The position numbers and the translations under genes were made by a program. From Patescibacteria group bacterium (GTDB lineage: Bacteria > Patescibacteriota > Microgenomatia > UBA1400 > PJMF01), in the NCBI GenBank assembly GCA_016861085.1, contig BOKR01000001.1:1098040-1162039 (forward strand): 64,000 nucleotides of DNA. Reading direction: 5' to 3'. A model generated the notes under the pieces. It saw nothing but the letters and a program-made list of their open reading frames with translations, searched no databases and was not told the DNA's origin. This document shows positions 37,978 to 46,627 of this stretch, in pieces (position 1 is the stretch's first letter; each line of letters starts with the position of its first letter).

Positions 37978-38397
37978 TTATTCAAAAATTGGATTGTTTG
38001 GATCGATTATTCTAGCTGTATTTTTATATTCTTCAGCTTTTTGTGTTTCACCTAGGGCAGCATAGAGTAGAGAAAGGTTTAATAAAATATCTCTGGAATG
38101 GGGCTGAATAGCAAGTACCTTCTCAAGAGAGTTGATCTCTAATGCGATTTGTTCTTTAGTCATTCTTTTAGCAACAAACAAATCGACATTTTTAGGAATA
38201 ACTGCAGAGGCAGAAACAACCTCGACGGGTTTTTGTGTAGTGTTTAAAAGCGAAATTCCACCAATAAACAAAACTAACCCAATAATAAAAAAGGCTAAAA
38301 TAGCGGGCTTTGTTTTATTAGAAAAATTGGCAGTTAATTTTAAAATAAAAACGAATAAATGAAGTGCAAGTCGTAGTTTAAACAGTAGAAATTTCAT
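37978..38397 (-). CDS. Membrane-anchored TPR-like repeat protein, function unknown
   Basis: N-terminal TM (AILAFFIIGLVLFIGGISLL) plus a helical-repeat C-terminus. Overlaps the valS 3' end by 20 nt. Confidence 0.4.
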   Translation of the reverse strand: MKFLLFKLRLALHLFVFILKLTANFSNKTKPAILAFFIIGLVLFIGGISLLNTTQKPVEVVSASAVIPKNVDLFVAKRMTKEQIALEINSLEKVLAIQPHSRDILLNLSLLYAALGETQKAEEYKNTARIIDPNNPIFE

Positions 38398-40687
38398 AGG
38401 GCCAGTTTGCGGTAATAAGCAATTTTTCTTTTGTGATATTAAGTATACTGAATTCTTGCCAAATTGCTTCCGTTATAAATGGCATAAAGGGATGTAGCAA
38501 CTTGAGGAAAATGAGCATGCCTTGAAGCAGTGCTTTTCTTGAAATATGTCCTGACTTGCTTGCTTCAATACATTCATCACAATACCAATGCCAAAATTCA
38601 GTATATACAGTATCAGCTGCCAGACCAATTTTAAAGTCATTGAGCTGTTTTGTCACAGTTTGGACTACTTCTTTTAGTTTTTTTTCAAATGCTTCATCTT
38701 GTGGCGCATCTTTTTCAGCACTTCCTTCAGAAGGCTTTTCTGTCTGCAACATGACAAAGCGTGCAGCGTTCCAAACTTTGTTTGTGAGATTTCGCGCTGC
38801 TTTAAAATCAGGCAATCCAACAGATTTGTCTTGTCCTGGTGTAGAGCGGATGACTAAAGCCATTCTTAAGGCGTCGGCTCCATATTCTTCTTTGACTGAC
38901 AATGGGTTAATGACATTGCCTTTTGATTTAGACATTTTTTGACCCTTTTGGTCACGAACCAGTCCATGTAAGTAGACGTCAGAAAATGGCGTTTTTTGGG
39001 TCATGTAAATGCCTAGAAGCATCATGCGCATTACCCAGAAAGGAAGAATGTCATATCCGGTTTCCATAACAGAGGTAGGGTAGAAGCGATCGAAGTCTCC
39101 TGGTTTTGCATTTTTGAGTGTGACAACTGGCCACTGACTCGAAGAAAACCAAGTGTCAAAGGTATCAGTTTCTTGTAGATATTGGTCATTTGATGGTTTT
39201 GAAAGAGAAACGACATAAGGTACGGAAATGTCGGCGTTCATTGATTGCAGATTTTGTTCAATTTCCTCGAGAGAATATGTTTGTAGCGCCTCAGAGAGTA
39301 GGGCAGAGGTGTATTTTTTTTCTTTGTCTAAGAAGTTAACAGTAATTTTGTTTTCGTATCCGGAGATTTGGTACCAAACTGGAATACCAATTCCCCATAC
39401 AATTTGGCGTGAAATGTTCCAATCCTTGAGGTTATTGAGCCAATGACGCAGGATTTTTTCACGGCCAGCGCCATGAATTTTTGTAGCACCAGAATCAAGG
39501 GCTTGTAGTGCATTTTGAACTAAATTATTTTTTTCATGATTCACACTGATAAAAAATTGAGGCAATGGTAATGGTTCAATCTGGCGGCCACAGCGATAGC
39601 AAATGCCGACTGAGTGTGAGTATTTTTCGTTTGTGTTGAGTAGAAGGGCTCCTCCCTTGTAGGTTTTATATGCTTCAAGGGCGGCTTTTCGAGCATTCAC
39701 AATACCAAGACCGACGTATTCTTTTGGTATAAGTATGTTGTTTTGATCTGCGTTGTAGAGTTTTCCAGAAGTGTTAATCACGGGTTGTGGTACTTCAGAG
39801 ATTTCATTTTTATGGTTTGTCCACATCATAAAATCGTTTGGATCATGATATGGGGTCACTTTCACAGCTCCAGTGCCAAATTCAGGATCAACATATTCGT
39901 CGGCGATAACGGGCATTTTTTTGGTACCCCACGGGAATTCTACCTCTATTTGAGTGCCAATATACTGTTTATATCGTTTATCGTTTGGATTAACTGCGAC
40001 GGCTACATCGCCAAAAATTGTTTCTAAACGTACAGTTGCAACGGTAAGTGGGCCATATTGAATTGTGTGTAAAGGATCGACTTGGTCTTTGTGATCTACC
40101 TCAAGTTCAGAGTAACTTGTTCCGCATTTAAGACAATAGTTGACCAATTTAAAATCACGATACACCAAACCATCTTTATAAAGGGTTTCAAAAGTTTGTA
40201 ACACATTTGAAACGATATCTTTGTCGAGAGTAAATTTAAATCGAGACCAGTCTGCACTAGCACCAAGTTTTTTGATTTGATCAACCGCTACACCAGAGTT
40301 TTCTTGTACGTAATCCCAAATCATTTGAAAGAGGGTAGAACGGTCAAAATTAAATCGAGATTGGTCTTTGGCGGCCAATTTTTTTTCAAAGACAAATTGT
40401 GTTTCGATACCGGCATGATCAGTACCAGGTATCCAAATGGTGTCATTGCCTAGCATACGGTTATAGCGAATTAGTACGTCCTCAAGAGAAACAAACATAG
40501 CATGACCAACATGGAGAGGATCATTTGCATTTGGTGGTGGCATGACGATAGAAAATGGTTTATTTGTGACAGGATTATTTTCTTTTTTGCGAAGTTCCAA
40601 AACAGCGTCGGGGTTAAAAGCATCAGCTTTTTCCCACAAGTCATACATTTTTTCTTCTGTTTGTTGGTGTAAATATCTTGGTTCCAT
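38378..40687 (-). CDS. valS: Valyl-tRNA synthetase (compact, 769 aa; no C-terminal coiled-coil)
   Basis: PPPNANDPLHVGHAMF (HIGH motif), IPGTDHAGIETQ and KMSKSKGN (KMSKS motif). Editing-domain segments are present. Confidence 0.85.
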   Translation of the reverse strand: MEPRYLHQQTEEKMYDLWEKADAFNPDAVLELRKKENNPVTNKPFSIVMPPPNANDPLHVGHAMFVSLEDVLIRYNRMLGNDTIWIPGTDHAGIETQFVFEKKLAAKDQSRFNFDRSTLFQMIWDYVQENSGVAVDQIKKLGASADWSRFKFTLDKDIVSNVLQTFETLYKDGLVYRDFKLVNYCLKCGTSYSELEVDHKDQVDPLHTIQYGPLTVATVRLETIFGDVAVAVNPNDKRYKQYIGTQIEVEFPWGTKKMPVIADEYVDPEFGTGAVKVTPYHDPNDFMMWTNHKNEISEVPQPVINTSGKLYNADQNNILIPKEYVGLGIVNARKAALEAYKTYKGGALLLNTNEKYSHSVGICYRCGRQIEPLPLPQFFISVNHEKNNLVQNALQALDSGATKIHGAGREKILRHWLNNLKDWNISRQIVWGIGIPVWYQISGYENKITVNFLDKEKKYTSALLSEALQTYSLEEIEQNLQSMNADISVPYVVSLSKPSNDQYLQETDTFDTWFSSSQWPVVTLKNAKPGDFDRFYPTSVMETGYDILPFWVMRMMLLGIYMTQKTPFSDVYLHGLVRDQKGQKMSKSKGNVINPLSVKEEYGADALRMALVIRSTPGQDKSVGLPDFKAARNLTNKVWNAARFVMLQTEKPSEGSAEKDAPQDEAFEKKLKEVVQTVTKQLNDFKIGLAADTVYTEFWHWYCDECIEASKSGHISRKALLQGMLIFLKLLHPFMPFITEAIWQEFSILNITKEKLLITANWPYEISTV

Positions 40688-40753
40688 GGTTTCTTAATTA
40701 TAACATCTCGAGGTGGTTTTGGATGAGTTATTTTTGATTAAGACCTATAGTAC

Positions 40754-40781
40754 TTGACTTTAACAACCTATAAAATATAAT
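40754..40781 (+). promoter_or_regulatory. sigma70-like promoter A (TTGACT-N16-TATAAT) driving the long leader of membrane-protein paralog A
   Basis: ttgactttaacaacctataaaatataat. The same consensus promoter precedes cassette B. Confidence 0.55.
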
Positions 40782-40860
40782 ATGCTGGCAATAAAAATCC
40801 ATAGGAAATGGGAAACCGTTTTTTATTCTTTCTTATTGTATGGTAAAGAATTACTAAAAA

Positions 40861-40918
40861 CCCCAATTTGCTTGGGGTAGTTTTGGTAGATCTTTGCACT
40901 TTAACATCCTAGTTATTT
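40861..40918 (+). repeat. Conserved leader element, copy A (hairpin CCCCAA-tttgc-TTGGGG + TCTTTGCaCTTTAACATCCTAGTTATTT)
   Basis: ~80% identical to 43269..43326 with a compensatory G-U change in the stem. Lies ~80 nt downstream of promoter A. Confidence 0.6.
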
Positions 40919-41066
40919 TTAATTTTTAGAGTTTAGTCCTATATAGTGAGCTCTGTTAAGTTGTTGATTTGATGAACAATTTGAGAGAGCTCATTATTTT
41001 AAAAACAGAGCTAAAAGGCCAATGATGGCTTGTCACTGGGAGGCTTTGCTTCCCGAAAACTAAATT

Positions 41067-41087
41067 AGCCGAAGGGCTTAAACTCAA
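41067..41087 (+). repeat. Conserved motif 2, copy A: AGCCGAAGGGCTTAAACTCAA (5-bp stem, GAAG loop)
   Basis: Matches 43703..43724 (AGCCGGAGGGCTTTAAACTCAA). Confidence 0.5.
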
Positions 41088-41241
41088 GAACAAAAATAAA
41101 TTGAAAAAATTCCAAAAAAATAAAAAATTCGGAAAAAAGTTTGAACGGCGTCTCAATAGGCGCGCACCACCGGCCTCGAAGAGGTCATGGCGCAACTCTG
41201 CGCCGATCATCTCTGGAGCGAATAAAAACGCTCGCAGATAG

Positions 41242-42900
41242 GTGACAAAGATGAAAATTTCAGTTCAAGATTTTGGTAAGAAACTGACAGAAATTGTTAC
41301 GTTTCTAAGTGACGAAAAGGGAAACCCCGAGTGGTATTTCCCCGGTCATGCTCGCACCATCAAGTCTCGTTTAACAAGTAATTGGCTGTCAAAGAAGGAA
41401 TCCATTGCGGATACGCTGGATAATCTTGCTTTAGCCATTACGACAAAGTATCCAGAAAAGCACCAGCAACTTGGTCTTACGGCCATGAATAACTCAAACT
41501 CTTTGCGGAGGAGTGCGCGAATTTTGCGTACATTGACTGAAGAAGGGGTTGAGCTGACTGGATTGGACGAGCAGTATTGGCGCGATGTTGAATTGCCTGT
41601 TGAAGTCATCAAAATGGATTTCGTTGCGATTTCCAAAGGTACGTTTGCTGTGACTGATGGTGATTTTTACCGCCAAAAAGAGCAGGCAAAGAAGGAAGAA
41701 GAGTCTAAAAAAGAAGAAGCCAAGCAGGCCAAGCGCGACCGTCGAAAAAATCGTTCCCAAGAACCCCCAAAATCTGAAGGCGCTCCTGTTGCTGAGGGTT
41801 CTACCAGTGGCGAAGCCCAAACCCAAGCTCAGGCCTTTCTGCAGAAAATCAATCTGCGGGCGATCCTGATTGTGGTTGCTTTGTTGATTGGTTTATGGAT
41901 TGCATGGGGCCTTTGGCAGAATAATGGTGACAGCATTATGACTTTCTTCAACAGCACAGGAAATAGTGGTGTCGAAACCACAAACCAGGGGACAAGTGAA
42001 ACTGAAACCACTGGAGGTGAAAACAACGCTGACAGCGGTTCTGGTGTTCCAGGAGAAAACTACAGTGTCATTCCAGACGGCCAACTTTCCGACAAAATGG
42101 TCGCGGCCAAGTTCCTGTTCCTTAAAGTCCAGGGGATGTTGGAAATGCCCGTTACGATTGCCGTGGCATTCCTCATTGCTTTTGTGTTCTACAAGATCTT
42201 TTTAGATCGGACACATGGTGGTGATCCCGGCGATTTTGGCCTGGTGGTTGGTGGGATGCTTGTCTTTGCTTTCCTGGTTTGGCTCCCGATTGGGGAATAT
42301 TTCTTCCCTGGTCAGGGTTTGGTTACGAAGGACGGTGAGCTCATCACTATCAGGGCTATTCAAAACTTTGTGTGCCTGATTGCTTTGGGGGTTTACCTCC
42401 TGGCTGTAGCCATTAACGGGGTGGGTGATTTGACCCCACTGTCCGGCGGCTTCTTCATCGCAGGGTTTGTTTTCTGGTTTGGCCAGCCCGATATGTACCT
42501 TAACTGGGTACCTCCCCAAATTACTTTCGCCTGCTGGGCGATTGGGGCGGGCCTTCATGCGCTAGAACTGTTCCGTCAAGGGACAGTTTTGACTACGATC
42601 ATTTTCGTGATTGTGGGTGGCATCGCGCAGGTACTGATTTTTCTTGGCCTGGCACGCGTTTTTGGTGCAACCGACATGCCAGTCGTCCTGAAATATGCCC
42701 AACTGATGGCTTTTGTTATCTCCCAGAGCGCTGTAGTTGGTGTGGTGGGTTTCCTGCTTTCCGCGGTTGGTAAAAACAAAGTGATCCCGATTAACGGGGT
42801 CATGGTCGGGAAGTTTTTCCAGGCTGTTGACAGTGTGGCGCACGACGCTGCGATTGCCCTCTGTTTCTGGGGGGCTATCTTCTTGGCCTTGTTCTGGTAA
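41242..42900 (+). CDS. Paralog A: ~150-aa cytoplasmic N-domain, K/E-rich linker, polytopic (6 or more TM) C-domain; function unknown. The likely true start is the ATG at 41251.
   Basis: EWYFPGHARTIKSRL...LGLTAMNNSNSLRRSARILRTL...GLDEQYWRDVELPVEVIKMDF aligns with paralog B. The codon usage is GC-rich and unlike flanking genes. Confidence 0.55.
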   Translation: MTKMKISVQDFGKKLTEIVTFLSDEKGNPEWYFPGHARTIKSRLTSNWLSKKESIADTLDNLALAITTKYPEKHQQLGLTAMNNSNSLRRSARILRTLTEEGVELTGLDEQYWRDVELPVEVIKMDFVAISKGTFAVTDGDFYRQKEQAKKEEESKKEEAKQAKRDRRKNRSQEPPKSEGAPVAEGSTSGEAQTQAQAFLQKINLRAILIVVALLIGLWIAWGLWQNNGDSIMTFFNSTGNSGVETTNQGTSETETTGGENNADSGSGVPGENYSVIPDGQLSDKMVAAKFLFLKVQGMLEMPVTIAVAFLIAFVFYKIFLDRTHGGDPGDFGLVVGGMLVFAFLVWLPIGEYFFPGQGLVTKDGELITIRAIQNFVCLIALGVYLLAVAINGVGDLTPLSGGFFIAGFVFWFGQPDMYLNWVPPQITFACWAIGAGLHALELFRQGTVLTTIIFVIVGGIAQVLIFLGLARVFGATDMPVVLKYAQLMAFVISQSAVVGVVGFLLSAVGKNKVIPINGVMVGKFFQAVDSVAHDAAIALCFWGAIFLALFW

Positions 42901-43015
42901 ACCAATCCGAGGAGTCTGGTGGCTTAAAGGTGAAACCAAAAAATAAATAAAAAAAGAATGGCTCCAAGTGAGCCAATATACTAAAAATAAACAAAAAAAT
43001 ATAACTAGGATGACG

Positions 43016-43055
43016 GCCGTGAGCGGGGAGGACAATAATATACCCCGCTCACGGC
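43016..43055 (+). terminator. GC-rich 13-bp stem-loop after paralog A (no U-tract); probable terminator or structured 3' end
   Basis: GCCGTGAGCGGGG-aggacaataatata-CCCCGCTCACGGC. Confidence 0.45.
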
Positions 43056-43129
43056 GCGAATCACAAGAATTTTAACTGATTTATTAGAATTTTTCTGATT
43101 TGTAAATAATTTAAACCTCTTGTTATTAA

Positions 43130-43157
43130 CTTGACTTTTCAGACCTATAACATATAA
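43130..43157 (+). promoter_or_regulatory. sigma70-like promoter B (TTGACT-N16-TATAAT) for cassette B
   Basis: ttgacttttcagacctataacatataat. The hexamers and spacing are near-identical to promoter A. Confidence 0.55.
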
Positions 43158-43268
43158 TACAAGAACTATGAAAGAGCATCATAAGAGTGCATCTGTTAAC
43201 TCTTCACTAAGAGGAGGGTACGGTGCGCTTTTTTTGTTTGAGTAATAGATGATAAAGATATATGGAAC

Positions 43269-43326
43269 ACTCCAATTAGCTTGGGGTAATTCTAGCGTAT
43301 CTTTGCTCTTTAACATCCTAGTTATT
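43269..43326 (+). repeat. Conserved leader element, copy B
   Basis: ctccaattagcttggggtaattctagcgtatctttgctctttaacatcctagttattt. Lies ~110 nt downstream of promoter B. Confidence 0.6.
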
Positions 43327-43702
43327 TATTGTTAAGTAACTTTTATAGATATTTAGATACTTTGAAAAGCGATTTTCATGTATTCCCTTGAGTTTTAGCC
43401 AAGTAGTAGGCTCTGGTAAGTTGTCTTGTTTCTTTTTAGGGACATGGCGATTTACTTGAGCCTGCTATCAACTCACGCTAAACCTGTTTTAAATAACAGA
43501 ATCTGTTGTGCTACCCTGTGTTGTGAAAACGATGCTTTGAGGTGCCCAGATTTGGTAAAGTGTGAGTTTACTTTAGGCTCTCTTTATTAAGATGCCCATT
43601 GAAAAGTGGGCTTAATTACGAACTGCCCGGTCAACGGGCGCTTATGGCCTGTTGGCCGTTTATTGTGATGGGGTTTTTAAAAATGCCCCGAGTAAATCTA
43701 AA

Positions 43703-43724
43703 AGCCGGAGGGCTTTAAACTCAA
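43703..43724 (+). repeat. Conserved motif 2, copy B, immediately upstream of the RBS/ATG at 43734
   Basis: AGCCGGAGGGCTTTAAACTCAA, followed by aaGGTGGataATG. Confidence 0.5.
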
Positions 43725-43733
43725 AGGTGGATA

Positions 43734-44090
43734 ATGAAAGCGAATGTTAGTGCTCCCGATACTTCGTCTGCTGAAACAGGGGGAAACTCTGTTCAGCGTG
43801 ACCTTATTTTATTGGTTATCTTTTACGCGATTGGCGTTGCGATTCAGGTATTTGGAAAGCTCCCCATCGGGATCTTTTTCAACTTGATCATCGCGGCTGA
43901 AATCGCGGCAATCCCGACCCGGATGTTGTTTGCTCCTAAGGTCAATCAAATGACCGCTAATAGCAAAAAGCACCTCGGCGAGGAAGCCCACGAAGTGGGC
44001 AAGGGGATTGCTTTCCTGTTTTTCTCGATTCTGGTTGGTATTCCGGCGTTTGGGTTGCTTTGCATCCCCTACATCCTGTTGTTAGTATAG
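43734..44090 (+). CDS. Small polytopic membrane protein (118 aa)
   Basis: Three or more hydrophobic helices. Sits in the GC-rich island and is preceded by motif 2 and an RBS. Confidence 0.45.
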   Translation: MKANVSAPDTSSAETGGNSVQRDLILLVIFYAIGVAIQVFGKLPIGIFFNLIIAAEIAAIPTRMLFAPKVNQMTANSKKHLGEEAHEVGKGIAFLFFSILVGIPAFGLLCIPYILLLV

Positions 44091-44116
44091 TCGGCCGGTG
44101 GCCGAAAACTTAGAGG

Positions 44117-44818
44117 GTGAATAAAATGATGCGTTTAATGGATAAACTGTTCGAGCGCCCTTTGTTGGCACTACTTGTTCTTGCTCTATTAATCGGTTTT
44201 TCTGTGTTGCCCGACATAATTGGTGGGCCACCGCAACCCATGGGCACAGACTATGTTGGTCTGGTCCGCGAGTTTGACGGCAAAACCTATTATTGTAATC
44301 AGGTGACCAACACAAACCATTGTAGTGAGTGGGAGGACGTGGCAGACAGTGCGACAGATGTTGCCGATGCCTTTGGCCCCGGAATGTTGGGGGTCGCCAA
44401 AGGGGAAGCGCCGTTGCTTCCCACCGATTTGTGGTATTCTGCATTCCTGAACCCGATCAACACGACCGTTTTCAGCCTTAGCATGGAAACCGGGATACCC
44501 GTGTTTGCCATTTTGCTAGGTAGTGTGTTGCTTTTTTGGTTTTTGACCCTCAGGGCGTTGAAGCCAAAGAGTGTTGGTGTGGTGTTGGCGGTCACCGTTT
44601 TACCGGGATATGTGGCATTCATGTCGGCCGCCACGTTGAGTGGTGGCATGGCCCTAGTTACTATCGTCCACCTTTGTGGTGTGCCATTGCTATTGCTAAT
44701 TGTTGTTCTTAAGCTTTTTGCAGGGATTAACATTAGCACTGGTTCTCGGCGATCCGCTGATGGGGAATTTGAAACTTATACTGTGATTGGAAAAGGCGGA
44801 GGTCTCCGCCGTAAATAG
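44117..44818 (+). CDS. Membrane protein (233 aa): N-terminal TM, Cys-containing extracytoplasmic segment, C-terminal TM bundle
   Basis: Long ORF with GC-rich codon usage. Hydrophobic segments are LLALLVLALLIGF and IPVFAILLGSVLLFWFL. Confidence 0.45.
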   Translation: MNKMMRLMDKLFERPLLALLVLALLIGFSVLPDIIGGPPQPMGTDYVGLVREFDGKTYYCNQVTNTNHCSEWEDVADSATDVADAFGPGMLGVAKGEAPLLPTDLWYSAFLNPINTTVFSLSMETGIPVFAILLGSVLLFWFLTLRALKPKSVGVVLAVTVLPGYVAFMSAATLSGGMALVTIVHLCGVPLLLLIVVLKLFAGINISTGSRRSADGEFETYTVIGKGGGLRRK

Positions 44819-44871
44819 TTTTTTGAGGGGCGGCTTGAATAAGGTCGCCCCCAAAAAGGGGTGAAATTACC

Positions 44872-46509
44872 ATGAAAATCACGAGCAAAACCTTAAGGGA
44901 AAAATTGGTTAAGCTCTGTAACGAACTTAATCAAGAAACAGGGGAGTACCAAGATTGGTACTTCCCGGAAGAATCAAAGTCAATTCGAGAACATCTGCCT
45001 CCTGGTGGCTGGCTGAAGCAAAAAGCCAAGCTGATGAAAGGCCTGGAGGCCGTGGCGAACGCTATGACTTCAAAATACGGCAAAGGCCATGAGTTAGGCC
45101 TGGCGGCAATCAGTAACTCTAATATGGTTCGTCGTCTTGCTCATATCTTAGACCAGTTTACTGGCGAAGATATGGAGATTGGCGGCCTTGATGAGCTATA
45201 CTGGAAAGAAGCCGATATCGCAATAGAAGTCATAGAAATGGACTTTGCCAGGATCAAGAAAAAGGTCTTCGCATCCACAGAAGGTGAACTCTACCGTCTT
45301 GAAAAGGCAGATGCTGATGCAAAGGCCAAAGCAGAGAAGGAAAAGCAAGAAGCAAAGAAGAGTAAAGGTAAGAAAAAGAAGGAGAAGAAAAATGAAAGTT
45401 CTCCTCCTGAAGCTCCTGCCCCAGAAGCTGAAAATGCTGAATCCGAACCTGCACAAGAACAAACGGCCGCACCGGCCGGTAAGAAATTCGGCTTACCCAA
45501 TGTGAACTTTTCAATGAAGAAAGTGGTTGGGGTCGTAGCTGTTTTAGTTGCCCTCTATCTGATTCTGGGTACAGGTTTGCTTGGTACCATCACTGGCATG
45601 ATTAGCGGTGATGGCGCCAGTCAACCGCTGGTGTACAATCAGGTAGATCCGAATGCAACTTCGCCAGGTTACACTGTTAACCCAGATGGGACAATCACGT
45701 TGAACCCCACTGATAACAGCTCCAACCCTGCCGTACAGATAACGCCATCGGCCCAAAACTTGCAAACGAAAGTTCAAAACTTACTTGCCCTTTTAAAAGA
45801 AGGGAGGTTGGTGGCGATGATTCTCCTGAGTTTGGGCGGCCTGGTTTTAATAATGTTTGATCGTGCGGCCGACTTCGAAGTAGAGGATTTCTACGTTTCT
45901 CTGGCAATATTGGCGGCATACCTTGTCATGGTACTCCTGACAGATGGTACTGTGACTTTGGCCGGGAAGCAAATAGAAATGGACCTGCTCTTAACTATCC
46001 TGATGGCTGGGGCGCTCTTTGTGGTTGCCTGGCTGGGCAACCGCGACTTCACTGTCGTTTCTGTTGGGATGTTTCTAGCTGGGAACATCCTATTCGTCAC
46101 GAACATTACAGCTTTTGCGGCGTTCCAGCCACCACCGGTTGCCCTGCAAGCCTGGGCCATAGGTGGAGCAGTTCAATTAATGGAGATGATCCGCCAGGAA
46201 AATACGGGTAAGACGATTCTGATTGGGGCAGTTGGGATTGTTGTTCAGGCAGTCCTGTTTTTCGTGATTCTGGGCAAGCTTTCCACAGCGACAGACCCGT
46301 TTGTTGTGAGCCATGTGCAGGTGATCAGTTACACGTCAGCGATCATTCTCACGTTCATCGGCATCGTTGGCTTCATGTTTGCTGGCCTAAAAACGGATGT
46401 GTTCAAAAACATCAACGGCATCCAAAATACAATTAACACGGCGATGTTCGACGTCGCTGTGGTTGCGAACTGTTTTGGGGCGTTATGGCTTATGCTCTAC
46501 ATTTGGTAA
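44872..46509 (+). CDS. Paralog B of the 41242..42900 protein (N-domain + K/E/A-rich linker + polytopic C-domain)
   Basis: DWYFPEESKSIREHL...LGLAAISNSNMVRRLAHILDQF...GLDELYWKEADIAIEVIEMDF. The RBS GGGGTGA precedes the ATG. Confidence 0.55.
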   Translation: MKITSKTLREKLVKLCNELNQETGEYQDWYFPEESKSIREHLPPGGWLKQKAKLMKGLEAVANAMTSKYGKGHELGLAAISNSNMVRRLAHILDQFTGEDMEIGGLDELYWKEADIAIEVIEMDFARIKKKVFASTEGELYRLEKADADAKAKAEKEKQEAKKSKGKKKKEKKNESSPPEAPAPEAENAESEPAQEQTAAPAGKKFGLPNVNFSMKKVVGVVAVLVALYLILGTGLLGTITGMISGDGASQPLVYNQVDPNATSPGYTVNPDGTITLNPTDNSSNPAVQITPSAQNLQTKVQNLLALLKEGRLVAMILLSLGGLVLIMFDRAADFEVEDFYVSLAILAAYLVMVLLTDGTVTLAGKQIEMDLLLTILMAGALFVVAWLGNRDFTVVSVGMFLAGNILFVTNITAFAAFQPPPVALQAWAIGGAVQLMEMIRQENTGKTILIGAVGIVVQAVLFFVILGKLSTATDPFVVSHVQVISYTSAIILTFIGIVGFMFAGLKTDVFKNINGIQNTINTAMFDVAVVANCFGALWLMLYIW

Positions 46510-46531
46510 GTATCTATGAATTAAACAAAAC

Positions 46532-46624
46532 GCTCCCACTAGGGAGCCCTTAACAATTCGCCCGAGAGGGCGATACATAATAACTAGGATTCACATGCCG
46601 CAGGCGTAACCCGCCTGCGGCATG
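46532..46624. terminator. Three consecutive GC-rich hairpins between convergent genes (6-bp GCTCCC/GGGAGC; CGCCC-gaga-GGGCG; 13-bp CATGCCGCAGGCG-taacc-CGCCTGCGGCATG)
   Basis: Perfect inverted repeats. No U-tract follows. Likely a bidirectional terminator or REP-like structure. Confidence 0.5.
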
Positions 46625-46627
46625 AAT

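Noticed and set aside
40956-41210. 84-aa minus-strand ORF in the valS / paralog-A intergenic region
   Set aside because: It falls in the promoter and long-leader region that is conserved as nucleotide sequence with cassette B. It has low-complexity translation and no RBS. I treat it as noncoding.
41346-43035. Many minus-strand and alternative-frame ORFs inside the GC-rich island (41346..41636, 41494..41826, 41829..42084, 42202..42558, 42562..43035, 42576..42905, 44082..44444, 44299..44739, 45196..45514 and others)
   Set aside because: GC-rich sequence generates long stop-free antisense frames. They overlap the paralogous membrane-protein genes, which have clear TM architecture and mutual similarity.
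45245-45505. Lys/Arg-rich 86-aa ORF and neighbours in the GAA/AAG-repeat linker of paralog B
   Set aside because: Frame artefact of the K/E-rich low-complexity linker coding region.
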